Of a stretch of 64,000 nucleotides of DNA, positions 1 through 15,196 are shown piece after piece. Position 1 is the stretch's first letter; each line of letters opens with the position of its first letter. The position numbers and the translations under genes are program-made. Source of the stretch: Eledone cirrhosa (lineage: Eukaryota); assembly GCA_964016885.1 (NCBI GenBank), contig OZ024743.1, forward strand, positions 264,678,001 through 264,742,000, in the 5' to 3' direction. The notes beneath the pieces are model-generated. The model had not been told where the DNA came from. It saw nothing but the letters and a program-made list of their open reading frames with translations, and did not search any database.

Positions 1-109
1 ATTTCCCGCCATTACCAAAAACTGCAGGTGTTAAAGCCGCCACCCCAACCACCACCACAGCGACAACAGAAACAAAAGAAAAAATAAATTATTATCTCGT
101 GACATCGAA

Positions 110-1801
110 ATGGATTCACACAGGATCGACTCTTCCACACCGAACACCACTGATGCCACCACCACCACATCTGAAACTAAAAATAACAATAACAAAAATA
201 ACAATAACAACAAAAGCAACAACAACAATGAGAATAACAACAAAAACATCAACACCACCGCAAATGTGTCTTTGCCAAAGCTGCAAAGAAATGCGAAACG
301 ATCGAGGTAACTCAGGAGGAATTAAATGAAGCCGAGAGAATGGTAAAGAAAGATGGGTACAGGGTCAGCCTCACCCCCTCTCACCTAATAAAATGGAGCA
401 TCGGCGCTTATGCACGGTGTCTTATCGGACGATTAACACAAAATCGCGCCGAGTGGAACGGGCATCCGAGTCCCAAATCCCAAAAGCTTTGGGACATGTG
501 TTGGCGAAAAAAACCCACATCAGACTAGGGCAAAAATATGGAAGCGTGGACGTGTTCTTTGGAACACCACAGGAAGCCAGAGAACACTCCATGGCCCCAT
601 TAAGAAGCGACGACTACACACTCGTCCCAAGCTATTGTAGCCAGAGACTCGTGAAGATCAGAGTGACCCACGTTCCACCGGCCATCGAAATTCCCTGGCT
701 AATGGCTGCTGCCCTCGCCGGCATCGAGGCCAACACCAAAATAATTGAAATATCAAAAGAAATGCAGGAGAACTGGTCCAGATCTCGGATGGAGCTCCTA
801 ATCCAAGCGGAACAAAAAGCATTGAGGAAATCCCAGAAGTAATAGACCTCACTGACGGCAGCCACCTCACCGTAAACGTCGAGGGTAGAAGGCCTGGGTA
901 TGTCGTTTGTGGTGAAGGAACCCACCTAAAGGTTCTGCCCTTAGGCTAAAAAGTTGAGGCCACCTCTCTAACCCATCCCAGTGACTCAACCATCAACACA
1001 ACCAGCAGCAGAAATGGCAGCAACAACTGTAGCAGCAACAACAGAAACAACTGTAGCAGCAACAACACCAGCAACAGTAGCAAAACCAACACCACCACGA
1101 CCCACCGCGCCAGGACTAGCACCAGCGCCTCCACCATCCACCACGCCACAGCCCAAACTAACGCATGTGGAGGGTTTTCCACTCCCCGACTTAACGTAAC
1201 TGGAGACAGATTGTGGCGACGAGGAGTGGGAAACTGTATCAGAAAAAAATAAAAAAATAAAAAATCCTCTTCTCCACCTCCAAAAAACTAAATACAGAGG
1301 GAAACAAATAAACTATCAAACAAAAAAGTTAGGACAGCTATGCCACTATCCACACCAGCATCACCAACCCCATCACCACAAATACCAACAGCATCACCAT
1401 CATTAACCCCAACACCGCCATCACCAACACCACAAAAGTCACCAAAAAGCGAAACAGAAACAAACCCACAACAAACGCAAACAAAACAAAACAACCAAAA
1501 CGATACACACTACACAGCATTAAATTTGAACAACAAACATTTATTACACTATATCCAACACAACACCAGCATCACAGAAAAAAACTACACAACACCCCAA
1601 AGGTTCACACCAACTCCACACATACAAATCACTCTCATCACACAGAACACGTACACGTCACTAAAACAAATATTCCCCAAAGACATCGGAGACTTCCGGC
1701 AAGCACTCTCCAGGAGGATTTATAAAGACATCCTTCCGGAGGAGGCTACAAGCAGTGAAAAGTATGGACAAACCATCCTTCCTCCACGAGAATTAAGCTA
1801 A
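110..1801 (+). pseudogene. Tx1 ORF1 relic (Asn-rich N-terminus, Pro/Thr-rich linker)
   Basis: ORF pieces 110-310, 393-842, 981-1199 and 1340-1801 are colinear with ORF1 of copies 2 and 3 and broken by stops and frameshifts. Confidence 0.8.
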
Positions 1802-1836
1802 GTGGTCTTTCCCATCTTTTTCCACTCCTTTTCAAC

Positions 1837-4800
1837 ATGACCTCACTGAGAAGAGGCAGCATAAATACGCATGGAAGCAGGGCCACCTACTCAACGACCT
1901 CAGGTCACTAAACATAGATGTAGGGGCCATCAGCGAGACCAGAATCTCCGAAGCACGGGCCTTCGCACCGAACTTCGGCGGCTACGATGTGTACGCATCT
2001 CCCAGCCGTCCGGGATCGGGGGGGGGGGAAGAAGTTGCTGTGCTTTTTCGGAGAGGTTTGGATCTCGCCATACGGGCCATATTCCTGGACCCAGAATGTA
2101 AGTTGGTGGTGTTGGACGTGACCAGTGAAGACGGGCAAGCTTTCAGGCTAGTGGCCCTCTATGCCCCGACAGGAGCAGGGCGGCCTGATTTCTTCCGGCG
2201 TCTGGAGACCTTTCTTGGAACGTCCCGCTCTTTAGTGTTAGTGGGCGACTGGAACGGGATCTTAGATGCACGCTGGGAGTGTGTGGGATTAGCGGATAGG
2301 GGAGGAGTGTGCAAGAACCTCAGGAACCTGCTCAGGCGTTTTGAACTGTCTGACAGGTACCTATTGGATTTCCCGAATGTGCCAATGTGGACTTGGACAA
2401 ACCGTATCGGGTCATCAAGATCATATCTAGATAGAGTATTTTGTAGGGAAATAGATAGGTCTAGCATAGGCTGTCCATAATTGAAGATAGTCAGCTACAC
2501 GGACCACAAATTCGTGATCTGTGTGTTTGATTTAGATAGGCTTCATAGACAAGGTCCCGGCTACTGGAAGCTAAAGACGTCCTTACCAGCGTGCAAGGCC
2601 TACATAGACCGGATTAGCGAACTAGTTAAGCGGGCATTGACGGAGGCCATCGTCAACAAGTGGTGGTTTTCTCTGAAAAGAGCGATTAGAATAGAGTCCA
2701 TTAGGTTTAGTAAGGCTTTAGCTATAGAGAAAATAGAGCAGAGGGAGAACTAGTTAGAAAATTAGACGAGGCGCTTAGCAAAGGCATCGCGACCGACGTA
2801 CTTGCGACGAAATTGGCGCTTGACCAATTCTTCAATGCAAATCACGAAGGCTGCGTTGTCAGAGCTAGGGTGCGTGCTCTCAGAAACGAGGGGACGAAAG
2901 CCGTTCAATAGGTCCGAGTGGCGGAGGCGCGTCGTGGCAACAAAGCCACGATCTGGTCTTTGGTGAACCACAACGGGCACATGCTACTCGATCCAGGACA
3001 AATGTGTGAAGCTTTTCAGCGACACTTCGCTCAGCTGTTCCGGGGCAGCGCGTGCCGGATCGAGGGATGGTATTTAGTATCTACCTCGGCGGACTGCCGC
3101 GGCTCTCGGCCATTGCGCGGAGTGTTGCGAAAATGCGATAACAGCCGCTGAAGTAGGGGAGGCAATGACTGGTTGCACAAGGGTTAAATCGCCTGGTTTG
3201 GATGGTCTGCCCTATAAACCTTACGTACAGATGACACACTTGTTCGGAGGTCTCTTGGCGGACGTCTACTGCAACTGGCAACAGAACGGGAGAATTCCCA
3301 GCTCTGTGAGCCGAGGAGCGGTGGCGCTGCTGGGTAAGGATCCGAACCAGGGGGATAACATAGATAATTTCAGTCCCATAACTCTGCTCAACACAGAGTT
3401 CAAGATTGTGGCCAAGGTGCTAGCAAAGAGGTTGGCGCTTGTCGTTGGTGGTCTGGTGGAGAGGCGCAAACATGCGCCATTCCCGACAGATCCATCCACG
3501 ACAATCTCCACCTCATGCAATACATCGTGTAGAGGGTAGCTAGGGAACCTGGCACGGGTGGGTCCTTCATCAATTTAGATCAGTTGAAAGCTTTCGATAG
3601 GGTCAACCATCGAACCTAGCGGCTGTCCTGAGGGCGGCTGGCTTTGGGCCCGTCTTCAGAGGCTAGATCACTGCCATGCACAGCGACATCTGCTCTGTGG
3701 TGAGAGTGAACGGTCACCTTTCAGAACCGTTCAACATCATGCGCTCGGTCCGCCAAGGAAGTCACCCCTATCCCTCTGGTACGTATTGACTCTCGAGCAA
3801 TTACTGCACAAACTGGAGACGTTGAGGGGGTCTCGTACGAACTAGGATGCGGAAGATCCGTGTCAGCATATGCGGACAATGTCTCCGTAGTGGTGTCGAA
3901 CGCCAAACACATCGAGGCAATCGGCACTACACTAAGAGAATACGAAGCGGTGACAGCAGCAATGATCAATCAGGAAAAGTCAGTAGGCCTGCAGCACGGC
4001 ACCTGCAGAGACAGGTTCATGTCGTCCAACAGCGACGTCGGGCGCGGCACGGACCGTCCGGTTAAATTGCTAGGGGTCTGGTTCGGTCCAGACCTCAATA
4101 CGGACAAAAGCTGGGACAAGGTGACGAGCAGTGTGGCTTCTCTCACCCAGAAATGGGCGGAGAGGAAGCTATCCCTGAAAGGTCGAGCGGAGGTGGATAA
4201 CGCGTACATCGCGTCCGTCATCTACTACCGCCTGACCGTCGTACCTTGTCCTAAGCCTCGCCTGACAGCGCTGGACCGTTGCTCTTTCGCTTTATGTGGA
4301 AGGGGCGCGCTCCGATGGTCAGGCGGTCTATCTGCTGTCAACACCCGCTACGTGGAGGGCTGGGCATGCCGTGACTGATGATGCGCAGACACGCGCTCAG
4401 ACTATGACATCTCCACCTCTTCTTCGACGGTGATCAGGTGTGGTCGCCGATTGCTAGACGCGTCTTTCCCCAGCTCGTCTCCCTGACGGAGCTGCAGTCC
4501 TGGGTGAAGCAAATACCGAGAATGACGGCTTGAGACTTGAATGTCTTCAGGCGCTCACAGCCCTCGACCAATCGGGCAATGTGAACGGTGGAAACTACAC
4601 CTTGGCGTTCTATAAAGGATTAGTGAAGGGGACAAGCGACGACGTACTTGGGAAAACTCTAGGCGTCGACGAAAATCAACTAGCCAATCTCTTCGGGAGA
4701 ACTTTTCGGCCGGTGCCTATGGACAACTTCCAGAAATCCCTGGCCTGGCAGTGCTACCGAGGAGCTTTGTCAGTTCGGGATAAACTCTACAGGCATGGAG

Positions 4801-5234
4801 GTGCCGTCAGCCGGGAATGTCCGAGATGCGCGCAGGGCGACGAAATCGTCTAGCGCGCACTCGTCCAGAGTCTGAGTATTGCTGACTTGTGTGTTTATGT
4901 CGAACACCTGCTGTCACGTGTAGGACGGATCCGGGTATCATCTGCGTCCATCGTGAGGATTCTCCCGCCCTCTTCCTATAGCCGGGAAGGGCAGGCAATT
5001 TTTATCTCTCTGGAGGGCCATGGCGAAAGAGATAGTATGGTAGACATGTTTGAAAGAGTTGAAACGAGCACTTACCTCTTCGGTGATGCCCTGATTAACT
5101 CTTTCAAATTTCATTTGAAAAGGAAAATAAGGGTAGAGAGGGAAGTGCTCTCTTCCCAGCATTTTGTTGAAAGATGGGTGAAAGAGGCAAGAATGGTCCG
5201 AGTGAATGGGCCTATTCTGAGTATGTGTCTGTAA
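1837..5234 (+). pseudogene. Tx1 ORF2 relic (APE endonuclease + reverse transcriptase)
   Basis: ATG at 1837 aligns with ATG 59995 of copy 3 (MTSLR). Many stops and frameshifts. Ends ...VNGPILSMCL*. Confidence 0.9.
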
Positions 5235-5505
5235 ATTAATGGCGGAAAACTGGGAGAGGGCACTTGCCCTGGTGGTCGGTGTCACTGTGGCTTTTTAATG
5301 GGCTTTCTCCACGAATATCCCTCGGAAGTCTCCCCCCTATTGGGGAATTTTTCATTGTTTTTTTTTTTGTTACTTCCTCTTTTTTTGTTTTTTACACGCA
5401 GAAATGCCCATTTGTACCGTCCTGCATTGTCCTGTACTGTCTTTAATGTCTACTTTATGTAAACCCTTGTGATTAATAAAGAAAGCATTATTATTATTAT
5501 TATAA

Positions 5506-5692
5506 GGGCGGTGAACTGGCAGTATCAGTTGAGGGTCGGACGCCTTGTTTTGCAGCATAAAGTTACGGCCCTTTACGTTCTGAGTTCAAATCCCGCCGAG
5601 GTTAACTTTGCCTTTCATCCTTACGGGGTCGATAAAATAAAGTACCAGTAATGTACTGGGTACTTACTGGCCTTCTGCCAAAAGTAGAAACA
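5506..5692 (+). mobile_element. tRNA-derived SINE, full length, inserted in the tail of Tx1 copy 1
   Basis: A-box-like tggcagtatcagtt, B-box gagttcaaatcc, body gaggttaactttgcctttcatcc...aagtaccag, tail agtagaaaca-(ATT)n. Multiple copies in the window. Confidence 0.88.
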
Positions 5693-6800
<1,108 letters not shown>

Positions 6801-7123
6801 ACCAATAACATATACAATCATATATACGTGCGAGAAAGTATACGTACCTCCACAAACATACGGTTAAGGTATACCTACCTATACAAATAAGTAATGTTAT
6901 AAATAATATATACTTAGCTACCACATTAATATGTAAAGAACCCGCGTATTTTTCGTACTATCCGTTAGGTTATAATGTGGGGCTGTAATAGAAGAAAGTT
7001 TTATGCAATATGTGTTTGCAACACGAAATAGACTTTGAATATTTATCTCAGACACTAATATGTTAGGGTGGGAAATAGAATTTTTAGTTCATAAATTATA
7101 TATGTCTGCGCATATATATATGA

Positions 7124-7209
<86 letters not shown>

Positions 7210-7255
7210 ACTCACACACACACACATATATGTGTGTATATATATATATATATAT

Positions 7256-7577
7256 AATAGAAATAGGATTTAGCTTCAGTCATAGCTGTATACAAATATG
7301 TATAGACATTTTGTGTTTCTAAAGAAAAACGGTTTTAGGAAGCCGCTCCTATGCAATCACGCGGGCTAACGCCCTCTGGTGGTGTCCAACAGAAGTAAAA
7401 GGGACAACCGTCTATTCATTTCAGACTTGACGGGTCTTCGTTAGGATGGTCCCTCCCACCGGTGTTTGCATAGCTACGGCTTCCTAAAACGTGTTTCTTA
7501 AGAAATACGAAATTTCTATACATATTTAAAAGAGTATTTGTATACAGCTCTGCCTGATGCTAAATCCTATTTCTATT
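7256..7577. mobile_element. Non-coding fold-back (MITE-like) element in (TA)n; same family as 34720-35075
   Basis: Terminal arms aatagaaataggatttagc...taggaagccg and cggcttcctaaaa...gctaaatcctatttctatt. Internal ggtgtccaacagaag...catttcagacttgacg matches the 34720 copy. Confidence 0.75.
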
Positions 7578-7587
7578 ATATATATAT

Positions 7588-8114
7588 CTTCCGTATTCCC
7601 AATCTTTGCTCCCAAATACAGGAAGTCCTCAACCAATTCTAGCGGCTTCCCGCCTACATTAGTGATCCCCTCTGGCTTCTCAACTTTCTCTACCAGATAT
7701 TTTGTTTTATTCTCGTTCATTCTCAGACTGTATTTGGGAGCAAAGATTGGGAATACGGTAGATGATGTGGTTGAGAGGAAGAGCAGGGCCTGGCCGGCGT
7801 GCCAGAGCTTGAGATCGGTGTGGAATTCGGACCTGCGTAAAGACCTAAAAATCCGCCTCTTCATTGCTGTAGTGGAGTCTGTGCTGCTGTACGGGTCTGA
7901 GACTTGGACACTGACCAAGAAACTCACTCAGATGGTGGATGGGTGCTACACGAGAATGCTGAGGATGGCTCTGAACATTAATCAGTATACACTGAGGATA
8001 AAAAACTTAGAGCTGTATGGGAGCCTCCCAAAAGTCAGCTCAAAAGTGACACAGAGGAGACTGAGGTTAACTGAGGTTAACGTCCATGGATCTGGGGAAT
8101 TTTACCCGCCTTAG
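7588..8114 (+). mobile_element. RTE-like LINE 3' fragment with inverted 5' segment
   Basis: + strand reads YLGAKIG...KIRLFIAVVESVLLYGSETWTLTK...RMLR. Segment 7588-7727 encodes the upstream LRMNENKTKYL...LELVEDFLYLG on the - strand, with about 33 bp of inverted overlap. 3' end shared with 45690-45980. Confidence 0.8.
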
Positions 8115-8272
8115 ATATATATTTATATATATATATATATATATGTAGATAAATCTACCAAAATATACGGTAGAGTCCAATCCGTATGAAGAACTCAATG
8201 TAATCCAAATATCATGAAAAGAGAAGATGATTCAAACATTTTCGATGAAAATCATAGGAAAACAGAGTCAAG

Positions 8273-8530
8273 ATAAATTAATAAAAACAATGAAATAAAA
8301 ACAAAGAACAATTTCCTTATATTAAAAAAATTCATCATTTTACGATCGTTTCTAGGATGTATATGTGAAGGTATGTATATTTCCTCTGATAATTTGTAAT
8401 AGTTTTACATAGATCTATATGATATACATACCAACACACATATACATCCTAGAAACGATCGTAAACTGATGAATTTTTTAATATAAGGAACTTGTTCTTT
8501 GTTTTTATTTCATTGTTTTTGTTAATTTAT
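8273..8530. repeat. Fold-back (arms about 8273-8368 and 8437-8530), probable pLTR relic with a hammerhead 3' half
   Basis: Arms are reverse complements. Each carries GAAA-CGATCG-TA (8452-8463 on +). No CTGANGA core found upstream. Confidence 0.7.
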
Positions 8531-8923
8531 ATATATATGTGTGTGTGTGTCTCTGTGTGTGTGTGTGTGGTGTATGTATATTCATATATATATGCGCAGA
8601 CCTATATAATTTATAAACTAAAAATACTATTCCCCACCCTAAAATGTTAGGGTCTTAGATAAATATTCTCTTTATGTCTCTTTGTTACATGAGATAATTT
8701 CTTCAATTATCATCGAACTCAATAAAGTATCATACTCCAATTCGCTGTTTACGGTGGGAGACAATCCCAAGAATAGGAATAACAACAGGCTGTACACCGA
8801 CTGAAAGCATTTTAAATATACATTGAGAAGATATTTACGAGAAGTAATCTAGAGCACAAAAACTCAAATGATTCGAACATATATAAAGTCGGTAGTATAA
8901 TGTACATACACACACACACACAC

Positions 8924-8963
<40 letters not shown>

Positions 8964-9147
8964 CGTATATATGTATATATATATAACGTATATATATATA
9001 TATATGGTGGCTGCCAACTCATTTTCGAGTACGGCCACTACTTTATATCCATGTAGGAGAACCCCTACCGATGCGCTGAACGAGTGTGACATTTTAGTCC
9101 GGCCAGCGACTTGAAAACTCTGGTACAAACACTATACTTGTGACAAT

Positions 9148-9470
<323 letters not shown>

Positions 9471-12284
9471 TTTACATGCACTTGTACTAATACTGTATCT
9501 ACATATATACATACAGATAGAATGGGTAAAGCGAATAGAAAGAGTGAAGCTAATCAATAAATGGTGAAAGAGGAATCAAAGATAGAAAGAGAGAGAAAGA
9601 TAGCAGGGTAATGTGAGAGAGTAAGAAAGTGGGAAGAGAGAGTGACAAAGCATGCAGAGATATGGACGCTAGAAGATACATTTTGCCTGTTACACAGTGA
9701 ATGCTTCTAATGGAACAAAACAATAATTATGACTACATTAATTGCACCTTAATAACCTTCATATATATCTACGACTATAAACATGAACTATAATCCCCTT
9801 TTCTTTATACTGATTGAACCTTAAGTAGAAAATGCACAGATTGATATAAGCGCCCGGCATGTTTTCCATATATAACTAAACCTTTACCGTATTTTTAAAT
9901 ATGTATTTCAATATATATTTATCATAGAATACTGAAATCATTTGTGTAGAGCCAACATATTTTAATCGTACAAAATATATTAAATATACCAGACTAAACA
10001 AACATTTTGTGCACAAAATATACTAGACTGTACAAACATTAAGGCTAAACAAATGAAAGTGGTATTATGTTCATCTAGCAACCCCAGTAAAGGATGTCCA
10101 TATATACATACATAACATGTATTCAACGCATTCTCATCGTAAATCTTTCTAATGGGGCAGAACAAGCTAAAAATGAACGTTGATGTAAATGTATCATTAA
10201 TTCTGTAAGGCAAAATGAGCCAAGGTGTGTACGTCTATGTCGTCGATTAATCCGTTAATACAGCTGTCGAACCTCCAACGCGATAGTTTCAAAAAAGGAA
10301 TGACACAATTTATAACGCACATGTAGTTACACCGTTGTAAATAAAATGAATAATCAAAGAGATTGCAGCTGGAAGGTATTTAACAATCGCACTATTTAAA
10401 CCTCACGTTGAGATGAACAGTGAAAATACATGCTAACGTCTTCCAAACGTCTCACAACTATCTTTCAAATTATAACCCACTTTTCCTTATAAAAAGGAGG
10501 AAATATATAATACCATAGCCATAGATATGCATAGGCTTGTAAATTACTTGGTGTAACCGTCGCTGTAATTTCTTTAGTGTAACAATTTCTTGATAATTTT
10601 CGATATTAACCATCCATGTTATTCTTAGTTTTCTTCTTTTTCCATGCGTTTTGATTTCTCCTAGTTGTCACTCTGTAGAATTTGTGTAATTAAATGTCTT
10701 CATTTTGATGTTGGCAAATAAACGTTTCTTTGTTTTTGGCAAGCCTAAAACTACATTGCGTTTGTGTTATGTCCATAATATTCTTTATATAAGTAGAAGA
10801 ATTAAATGAATATATATATGCTTAATTAGTTTCTGTCATGTGAAACGCTAAATTAGCGTCTATAAAACCGTCAATTGTTGAAAACCAAAACACCATTGTC
10901 GATGATATGGTCATCGTTTTCATCATCAATATCGGCGTAGTCAATATTGCATTTGTCATCATAATTCCTCTGTCATCGATCGCACTATAATCGTTATGAT
11001 GATCATCATAATTTGTTTTGAAAACAAAGACTTACTCCCATCCTCTTACCAGACTCGGAAGTCCTAAAATGTCATGGGCGCTGTTATTCCTTCACTGACA
11101 AAACGGCAAAAACACCACTGAAAGAATTTTGTACTTTGTTCTTTAACATTGATTTTTTATTACTTGGTCTCTACCTCATACAAAAACCTATTTTCAGATA
11201 TACACATATGTAAATATATCACATGATCCCAGTAGAGACTGACGTGATAAAGAAAATATACATCACCCGTAATCGCAGTTTCCATCGGCAAAATATTGAC
11301 ATGGCTAGCAAGTAACATAAAAAAGAAAATTCTCTTCTATATATAAAATAATCTATAAGGAAATGGACAAACTAATTTCGGCGTCTGCACCAGAAGCAGC
11401 TCATGTATCCAAATATTGCTGTTATAAGCAGAGGAATATGTTGTTATTCAAGGAGCAACACACTTCAATAAAAGACTTGGAATTTCCTTATATAATGCAA
11501 TTTAACATTACATTCCCTGAGAAAACTAAACGCAGCAACGTTCATGTTCTCACTAATCGTTTTTAATGCACACACTTTGACCAATTAAAATGTTTGGTTT
11601 ATGAGAACTGATGTATTAAGTGTTATTTAACGTTCTTAATATGACATGAACACTAATTTAGTACTCCTAAAATGTTCATTCATATCGTCATCTCGCTCGG
11701 CGTCTATGATTCACAAATGAAATACAAAAGTTGATCCATTTTAAAGCGAGATTATTTTATTGGTGTCTCCAACTTTGGAAAGCAGATTTAAGTCTGTATT
11801 ATTCCAAATTAGGAATGTAATTAATGTTTAACTAAGAATTAACATGTCCTAATATCGAAACAAATTTGACTCAAAAATTAGATTGTCATGGATGGTCTGT
11901 TATAGATACAGAATTTCGGGGATAAAATAATTTTCGTGTAGGCCGCTTGTACATAAGCGCCATCACAATATAATATGAGTTAATAAACAAATCAATCAAA
12001 AATTTATTTCATATTAGATTCTCGACCTTGAATGAAATCATTAATTTGTTTCAATGGAGTGATTTTGGTTTCGCTGAATATTAACCTCGTCGTTTCTTTG
12101 TAAGCTGGGAATACTGATAATCGATCAAATTACTCAAGGGATATTCACAGATATGCCACTACACCAAAAAATAGTCAAGTAATACGATATATATGTGATG
12201 AAGAAGGGTTTTACCAATGAAAAATATTATCTATTATTCATTTAGGAAAATAAAACATTTTTACTATTAGAGGGTGAAAGAAAA

Positions 12285-12360
<76 letters not shown>

Positions 12361-12428
12361 TACACATATATATATAAAGAAAGCATTATTCATTCTTTAT
12401 ATATATATATATATAAATAATGAATAAT

Positions 12429-12456
12429 GATTTCTTTATTAACCTTAAGGGTTTAC
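12429..12456 (-). mobile_element. 28-bp 5'-truncated Tx1 3' tail with a 16-bp TSD
   Basis: - strand gtaaacccttaaggttaataaagaaatc matches the copy 3 end gtaaacccttgtggttaataaagaaatc. Flanked on - by ATTATTCATTCTTTAT (12457-12472) and ATTATTCATTATTTAT (12413-12428). Confidence 0.75.
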
Positions 12457-12493
12457 ATAAAGAATGAATAATAACAGGTAAACATCATAAAAA

Positions 12494-14679
12494 GGTCACT
12501 CGTCTGAATCATATGGTTTTAAATCATGTAACCCCCCCCCCCCAAACCCCCATCTCGATGCTTTCGAACAAGACTTAATGAATATGACCATGAATATTAA
12601 GTTTACCAAACATAGAAGTAATGAGCTGCAAAGCAACATGAAAGCACTACTCCGAAGACTGCAAAATACCAATGGAATTGTTGTGAACGCTGACAAGACC
12701 TCTAACGTGTATACCAGGGATATCGATGCATACAACAGCTTCATACGCAAAGAACTACACAAGAAATATAGAAAAACAAGTGAAACTACGTTAGTAAATA
12801 TTAACAACGAGGCATACAAGGTGGTGAAAAATCTCAAGATAGACGATAGAACCGAGCCGATTATACCCGCAACCCCCACCTTTAACCTGAAGGACCATAA
12901 GGTAAATTTTGACTCTAACCCTAAGATTAGACTTATATGCCCTTCTAAATCAGACATAGGAAAAATTTGCAAACATATACTTGACAGAGTAATAACTCAA
13001 TTGAAAAAGAAAATAGAAATTAAATTATGGGGCAACACTAGCGAAGCAATTCGCTGGTATAATAACGTTAAGAACAAGAATAAATCTAAGTTTATACAAT
13101 TTGACATAGACGAATACTACTCTACAATCTCACACGGCACTTTACGTAAAGTCCTATCGTTTCCTAAAGTCAATTCCGACCTAACGGAGGACGAAATTAA
13201 TATTATCCTAGAGGCTAGAAAAACTATTATCAAGTTTGATAACTGCTACTGGGAACGTAAGGACAGACCCACAAACTTCAACATTACCATGGGCTCCAAC
13301 GACTCAGCAGAGGTCACCGATCTTGTGGTAATTTACATAGCCCACATACTACATGGTAAATTTAGTAATCTACAGAGGGGAATATATAGAGATGACGAGC
13401 TCTTATTAGTTAATAACTTAAATAACCAAAATCTTGAAAGGCTACGGAAAAAAACATTAGAAAATCTTTAAGTGAACTGGGTCTAAAAATAACGTACGAA
13501 TACAATCTTAAAGTAGTAGGTTTTCTAGACGTAACTCTTAATTTAAATACCGGACTGATACGACCCTTCCACAAAATAAATGAGAACCTTACCTATATCG
13601 ATTTTAACTCAAACCACCCACTTTCCATGATCAAATCGGTTACCCGTAGTATTTCTCTTAGAATCTCTCGCCTATCGTCTGACTCTGAGATTTTCAGTGA
13701 ACATGCTGAATACTATAATAATGCATTAAGGAATGCCGACCACCGGGATACAATAGAATACATTGATAAGAACCCCCATAACACACATAGCTCTACACGA
13801 AATCAAAGAATACGTAACCGGGGTACAGAAATACAAGCGCACACACGCAGTACCACCAGACATACTAATAATAGAAAATCATCACCAAATAAATCACGTT
13901 GTAGAAAGTATATCTGGTATAATCCCATTTTTAATGCTTCGATTAGTACAAAACTATCTCTTTCATTCTTTAAGTTAATCAACAAGCATTTCCCTAGTTC
14001 CCATTAATACAGTAACATTCTGAACTCTAAAACTATTAAACTATCATACTCCACTGCACCAAACCTTGAAGCATACATAAACAAATTTAATTTAAAGCAA
14101 TTAAACAACACTACAAAACAAAATATTTTAATAACAGATGAGCATAACGTAGTATCGGCCTCCCAACCACTAAATGGGAGACGGGTATTACACAACCCAC
14201 CTGTACTGTTATCCCAACCTATCCATGGTATACCCGCTACCCACAATAAAAACTGTAACTGCCACCTACCTGAAAGATGTCCATTGAAGAATAAAGGCCT
14301 AAAGTCCAACATTGTTTACCGATGCACTGTTGAATCGAACGCCCAGAAATGGTATTACATCGGGTCTACCACTACTTCCTTTAAATCTCGCTGGTATCGT
14401 CATCGATTCTCAATTAAACATCCTAATCACCGTTTTGTGACCACGCTCGCCAACAAGACCTGGCAACTCCGTGAACGCAACCAACAGTTCACTTTGAAAT
14501 GGGATATATTTTCCAGCGCTAGTGCATATCGGAGTGGATTGAAGTACTGTAGGTTATGTAACCTTGAACTCTTTTACATCTTAAAATCCAAAAATAAATT
14601 ACTAAATGATAGAATCGAACGATCATTATACTGCAAGCACAAACTGAAGGCTAAATTCTCTCACTATAAAATAACTTAA
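12494..14679 (+). pseudogene. PLE RT + GIY-YIG endonuclease ORF, disrupted
   Basis: ORFs 12578-13471, 13627-14007 and 14284-14679 are joined by a frameshift near 13470 and a TAA at 14005. Confidence 0.88.
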
Positions 14680-15196
14680 CATTCGAACACGTAACTATAA
14701 CATTGCTTTCTAGCTAACCACTTTCTCTTTCCCCACATTACAAGACAATACCCTGCTTATCACTATAAATAGAAACTTAGTGCAATTTGTAGCCTACAAC
14801 TACGAACTCAATGTATACCCATCCCATAGCTTTCGTCTGTCCCCTCTCTATCTCTCCCTCTCTCTCCATTCCCCCTCTCTCTCTCTCTCTCTCGCCCTTG
14901 GTCTACTTCCTTCCCTCTCCACATCTATGAACCTGCCCTTTGTGGCAATAAATAATTCCAACCTTAACTATCAACTCATCGCTTAAGGTTGTCGCTTTAA
15001 GAGTAACCAGTATAATAAAACCCCTACCACAGCATTTTGATTAAGATATCTGTACTCTACAAACAACCCCCACCTATTCCTCCAACTCCTGCATATATAT
15101 ATCTCTCTCTCCCTCCCCCTTCTTTTCTCTCTTCCCTTTCTACTCTATCTTCCGCAATAACCTCACTTAAGTGTCTTTACATTTAAAATTTTAACC

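Larger units (their letters stand above)
1..5486 (+). mobile_element. L1/Tx1-clade LINE, copy 1 (decayed; 5' end probably outside window)
   Basis: ORF1 fragments homologous to copies 2/3 (TVSYRTINTKSRRVERASESQIPKAL). ORF2 fragments have APE motifs (LVALYAP, LVGDWN, SYLDRVF, TDHK), RT motifs (KSPGLDG, PITLLNTEFKI, YADN) and C-terminal CPRC. 3' UTR ends ...cccttgtgattaataaagaaagc then (ATT)n. Confidence 0.93.
7037..8668. repeat. Inverted repeat pair, arms about 7037-7125 and 8579-8668
   Basis: gaatatttatct...tgtctgcgcatatatatatgaata versus tattcatatatatatgcgcagac...agataaatattc. Confidence 0.85.

Noticed and set aside
9060-9130. Hammerhead in the 6124/9005 inverted arms (ctgaacga...gaaaac)
   Set aside because: Core spacing is wrong and there is no convincing stem I or III.
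12494-14679. Selenocysteine recoding, as reported for some Naiad elements
   Set aside because: The interruptions are a frameshift and a TAA, not in-frame TGA at Cys positions. The 32056-34145 element is likewise broken by frameshifts.
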